Below the pieces are notes generated by a model, which saw nothing but the letters and a program-made list of their open reading frames with translations, did not search any database and was not told the DNA's origin. Below are positions 61,604 to 64,000 of a stretch of DNA of 64,000 bases, piece by piece. Source of the DNA: Eledone cirrhosa (lineage: Eukaryota); contig OZ024741.1 of assembly GCA_964016885.1 (NCBI GenBank), positions 235,600,001 to 235,664,000 on the forward strand. Reading direction: 5' to 3'. Positions within the stretch are counted from its first letter, which is position 1. The number at the start of each line of letters is the position of its first letter. Made by a program: the position numbers and the translations under genes.

Positions 61604-62462
61604 ATGGGCTGAGGACAACAAGATGCAGTTTAATGCTGGAAAATTTCAAGCCCTACAATACCAATCTGCAAACACAAAGACAGTAAAACACAGCTACACT
61701 GGACCAGGAGGGATCAAAATCCCCATGTCAAAAATCAATAAGAGCGACGATGCATCTTTTTCTTCACATATCATGAGGGTGACGATAATGTGCAGACGAC
61801 TCGCTGGTTGGATCTTGAGGACTTCCGGACAAGAGACTGAGACATGTTGATACCATGGAGGACATTTGTCCTAAGCCGACTGGACTACTGCTCCCAGCTG
61901 TGGTCACCCCATAGTATCAAAATAACCAAGGAGCTTGGGGCAATCCAACAAAGCTACACCAAGAGGATTGCCACAATGAAGGAGGAGGGCTACTGGGAGA
62001 GGCTAAAAGAACTGAAACGCTTCTCCTTGGAATGAAGACGGAAGAGATATGCAGTGATGTACATATGGAAAATCCTGGAGGGACTAGCACCAATCTTTGG
62101 CATTGAGAGCTGGACCAACCCCCGAACAGGACGTCACTGTGTGGTGCCAAAGCTCCCGTCTTTCACATCTGGAATAAGGAGCAGATATTGAAATAGTCTG
62201 GGGTTCAAAGGCCCTCAACTCTTCAACAGGCTGGCAAGAAATTTGAGAGATCTACATGGTGTGGACATGGATGTTTTCAGGAAACATCTTGACACTTTGC
62301 TATCCAGAATCCTGGATGAGCCCACAGCACGGTACATAGCTAACCTAAGCGCAGCTGTAACAAACTCCTTCTTACACCAGTGGCCAGCCAACACAGGGTG
62401 CAGATAGAATGTGTAGCAACAAGGGCAGTTCCCCTGGATGGCTTGGAACAGGTAGAAGAGTA
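61604..62462 (+). pseudogene. CR1-like LINE 3' fragment
   Basis: WAEDNKMQFNAGKF, FVLSRLDYCSQLWSP, YWERLKEL..FSLE and IWKILEG motifs, with stops and frameshifts. A related tail occurs at 31975-32030. Confidence 0.78.
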
Positions 62463-62476
62463 TGTATATATATATC

Positions 62477-62518
<42 letters not shown>

Positions 62519-62520
62519 TA

Positions 62521-63808
62521 GAGGGTGCAGACGATATTTGTTCGCAAGATTACTGTCTAGGAAAAAATAACACAGTAGTTTTATTTTTTAAGATATATTT
62601 ATCAAACTTGGGTCAGTTTGTCTTCATGACTTGTTCTTTCGATCTCACTCGATAAACCCACCATTGGCTTTGATGACGGCCTCAAGGCGGCCTCGGATCC
62701 GGCTACAGGCCTTCGTCACTGTCACCCCCGACTTGTGATCCTGGCCTTCAGATCATCTTTTGTATTGCAGCTAGATCTGTTGGTATCTCGTTCCACTGCG
62801 CTCCACACAAAGAAGTTGAGGGAGTTGCAGTCAGGCGAGGTGGGAGGCCAGATGTGAGGTGAAGTGTGGTTGACGAAGTTCTCTGACAGCCAGGCTTGGG
62901 TCTTTCGGCTGGTAGGGCAGGGCGCTGAGTCTTGCTGCCACATGTACGGCCTACCTGCAGCTACCTGGTCGATCCAGGGCTTTACTACCTCGCTCAGAAC
63001 GCGTATGTAGCCATCGGTGTTCAGCTTGAGGCCCTCAGGGAAGAAGTGAGGTGGCATGACGTCACCTTGACTGCTGATGACACCTAAGACCAATGTCGTC
63101 GCTGGAAACTTTGTCTGCATGACTCTGGGCACGTCTTTGGATGAGACAGCGGGCCACCTGTTGTTCTGGGAGTTGATCCTCTGGTCTTGGCAGAAGTTTT
63201 TCTCATCGGAGAAAAACCACAGCATGTCTGGCTCCAGTGAGTGTTTCAACTTCTTGATCAGCTTCTTTGCGTGCTTCAGTCGCTTTTCTTGCATCGCCTT
63301 TGACAGAAATTGTCCTTTCCTCATCTTGTATGAAACGTAGCGAATGTCTTCATGTACCACCAGCCTAATGAGCTTTTCATCCACACCTTTCTCCCTTGCA
63401 ATGGCACGCATCGACTTGCTAGGTTCATTGTTGATGATATCCTGAACTTCAGCGACGAACTTGGGCGTTCTGAAGGCGTCAGATCGTCGATCATGTGTTT
63501 TCCTCTCTGATGTTGCTTCGTAGTCGAATCCTGAATCTTCCAATTCCTTTCTGACCTTTTCCACCATTCTCCTGCTGACACTGAGAAAGTCTGAAATTTC
63601 CTTATTTGTCCTCCCGGCGCGGATGCCAAGGAGAACTCCGTGTCTCTTCCACAAATTTGGAGGTTCAAAATTATTCATAATCAATTATTTTGAAAATTAA
63701 TAATGGAAATATAGTCACTGTTTTTATGAAGACAAGAGTGACAATGGAAGTAAATAAAATTTGCATAAAATTTGCAGTAGAAAATTGCGAACAAATATCG
63801 TCCACACC

Positions 63809-63811
<3 letters not shown>
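62521..63811 (-). mobile_element. Full-length maT-type (DD37D family) Tc1/mariner transposon
   Basis: About 27-bp TIRs within TA tracts, 1291 bp long, containing the transposase ORF. Confidence 0.93.
62722..63684 (-). pseudogene. Tc1/mariner transposase, DD37N, with C-terminal frameshift
   Basis: HTH-like N-terminus, then FFSDEK, WQQDSAP and SPDCNSLNF. The natural ending RGRLEAVIKANGGFIE* lies in another frame. Confidence 0.88.
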
Positions 63812-63873
<62 letters not shown>

Positions 63874-64000
63874 GTATATATGTATGTATGTATGTATGTG
63901 TATGTATGTATGTATGTATGTGTATATATGTATGTATGTGTATATATATGTGTATATATGTATATATGTATGTATGTGTATATATGTATGTATGTGTATA
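63812..64000. repeat. (TA)n/(TATG)n microsatellite
   Basis: Direct inspection. Confidence 0.95.

Overview
AT-rich, repeat-dense animal genomic DNA. The abundance of (TA)n/(TG)n tracts, the RTE-partnered tRNA-SINEs and the C2H2 gene suggest an octopus or other coleoid cephalopod (inference). One convincing host gene is present: a C2H2 zinc-finger CDS (10770-13547, +) with 11+2 fingers separated by a 14-copy 20/21-aa coding repeat that appears to have grown out of a broken finger. The rest is mobile or repetitive DNA: a 34-bp satellite (about 2.9 kb), a 33-bp satellite (about 10 kb), a decayed near-full-length RTE LINE and its fragments, CR1-like and R4/Dong-like fragments, two tRNA-SINE families, two maT-type Tc1/mariner copies (both DD37N), mariner/piggyBac-like MITEs and a probable Helitron. 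The most notable hidden signal is a set of sequence-unrelated type I hammerhead-ribozyme motifs with palindromic stem III, mostly near TA tracts. One pair lies in an apparently perfect 170-bp-arm palindrome (31614-31956), one has a large branched stem II (56602-56712), and several more are decayed. There is also a circularly permuted, inverted TG...CA repeat unit (26733-27917). All calls were made by eye; no search or folding program was run.
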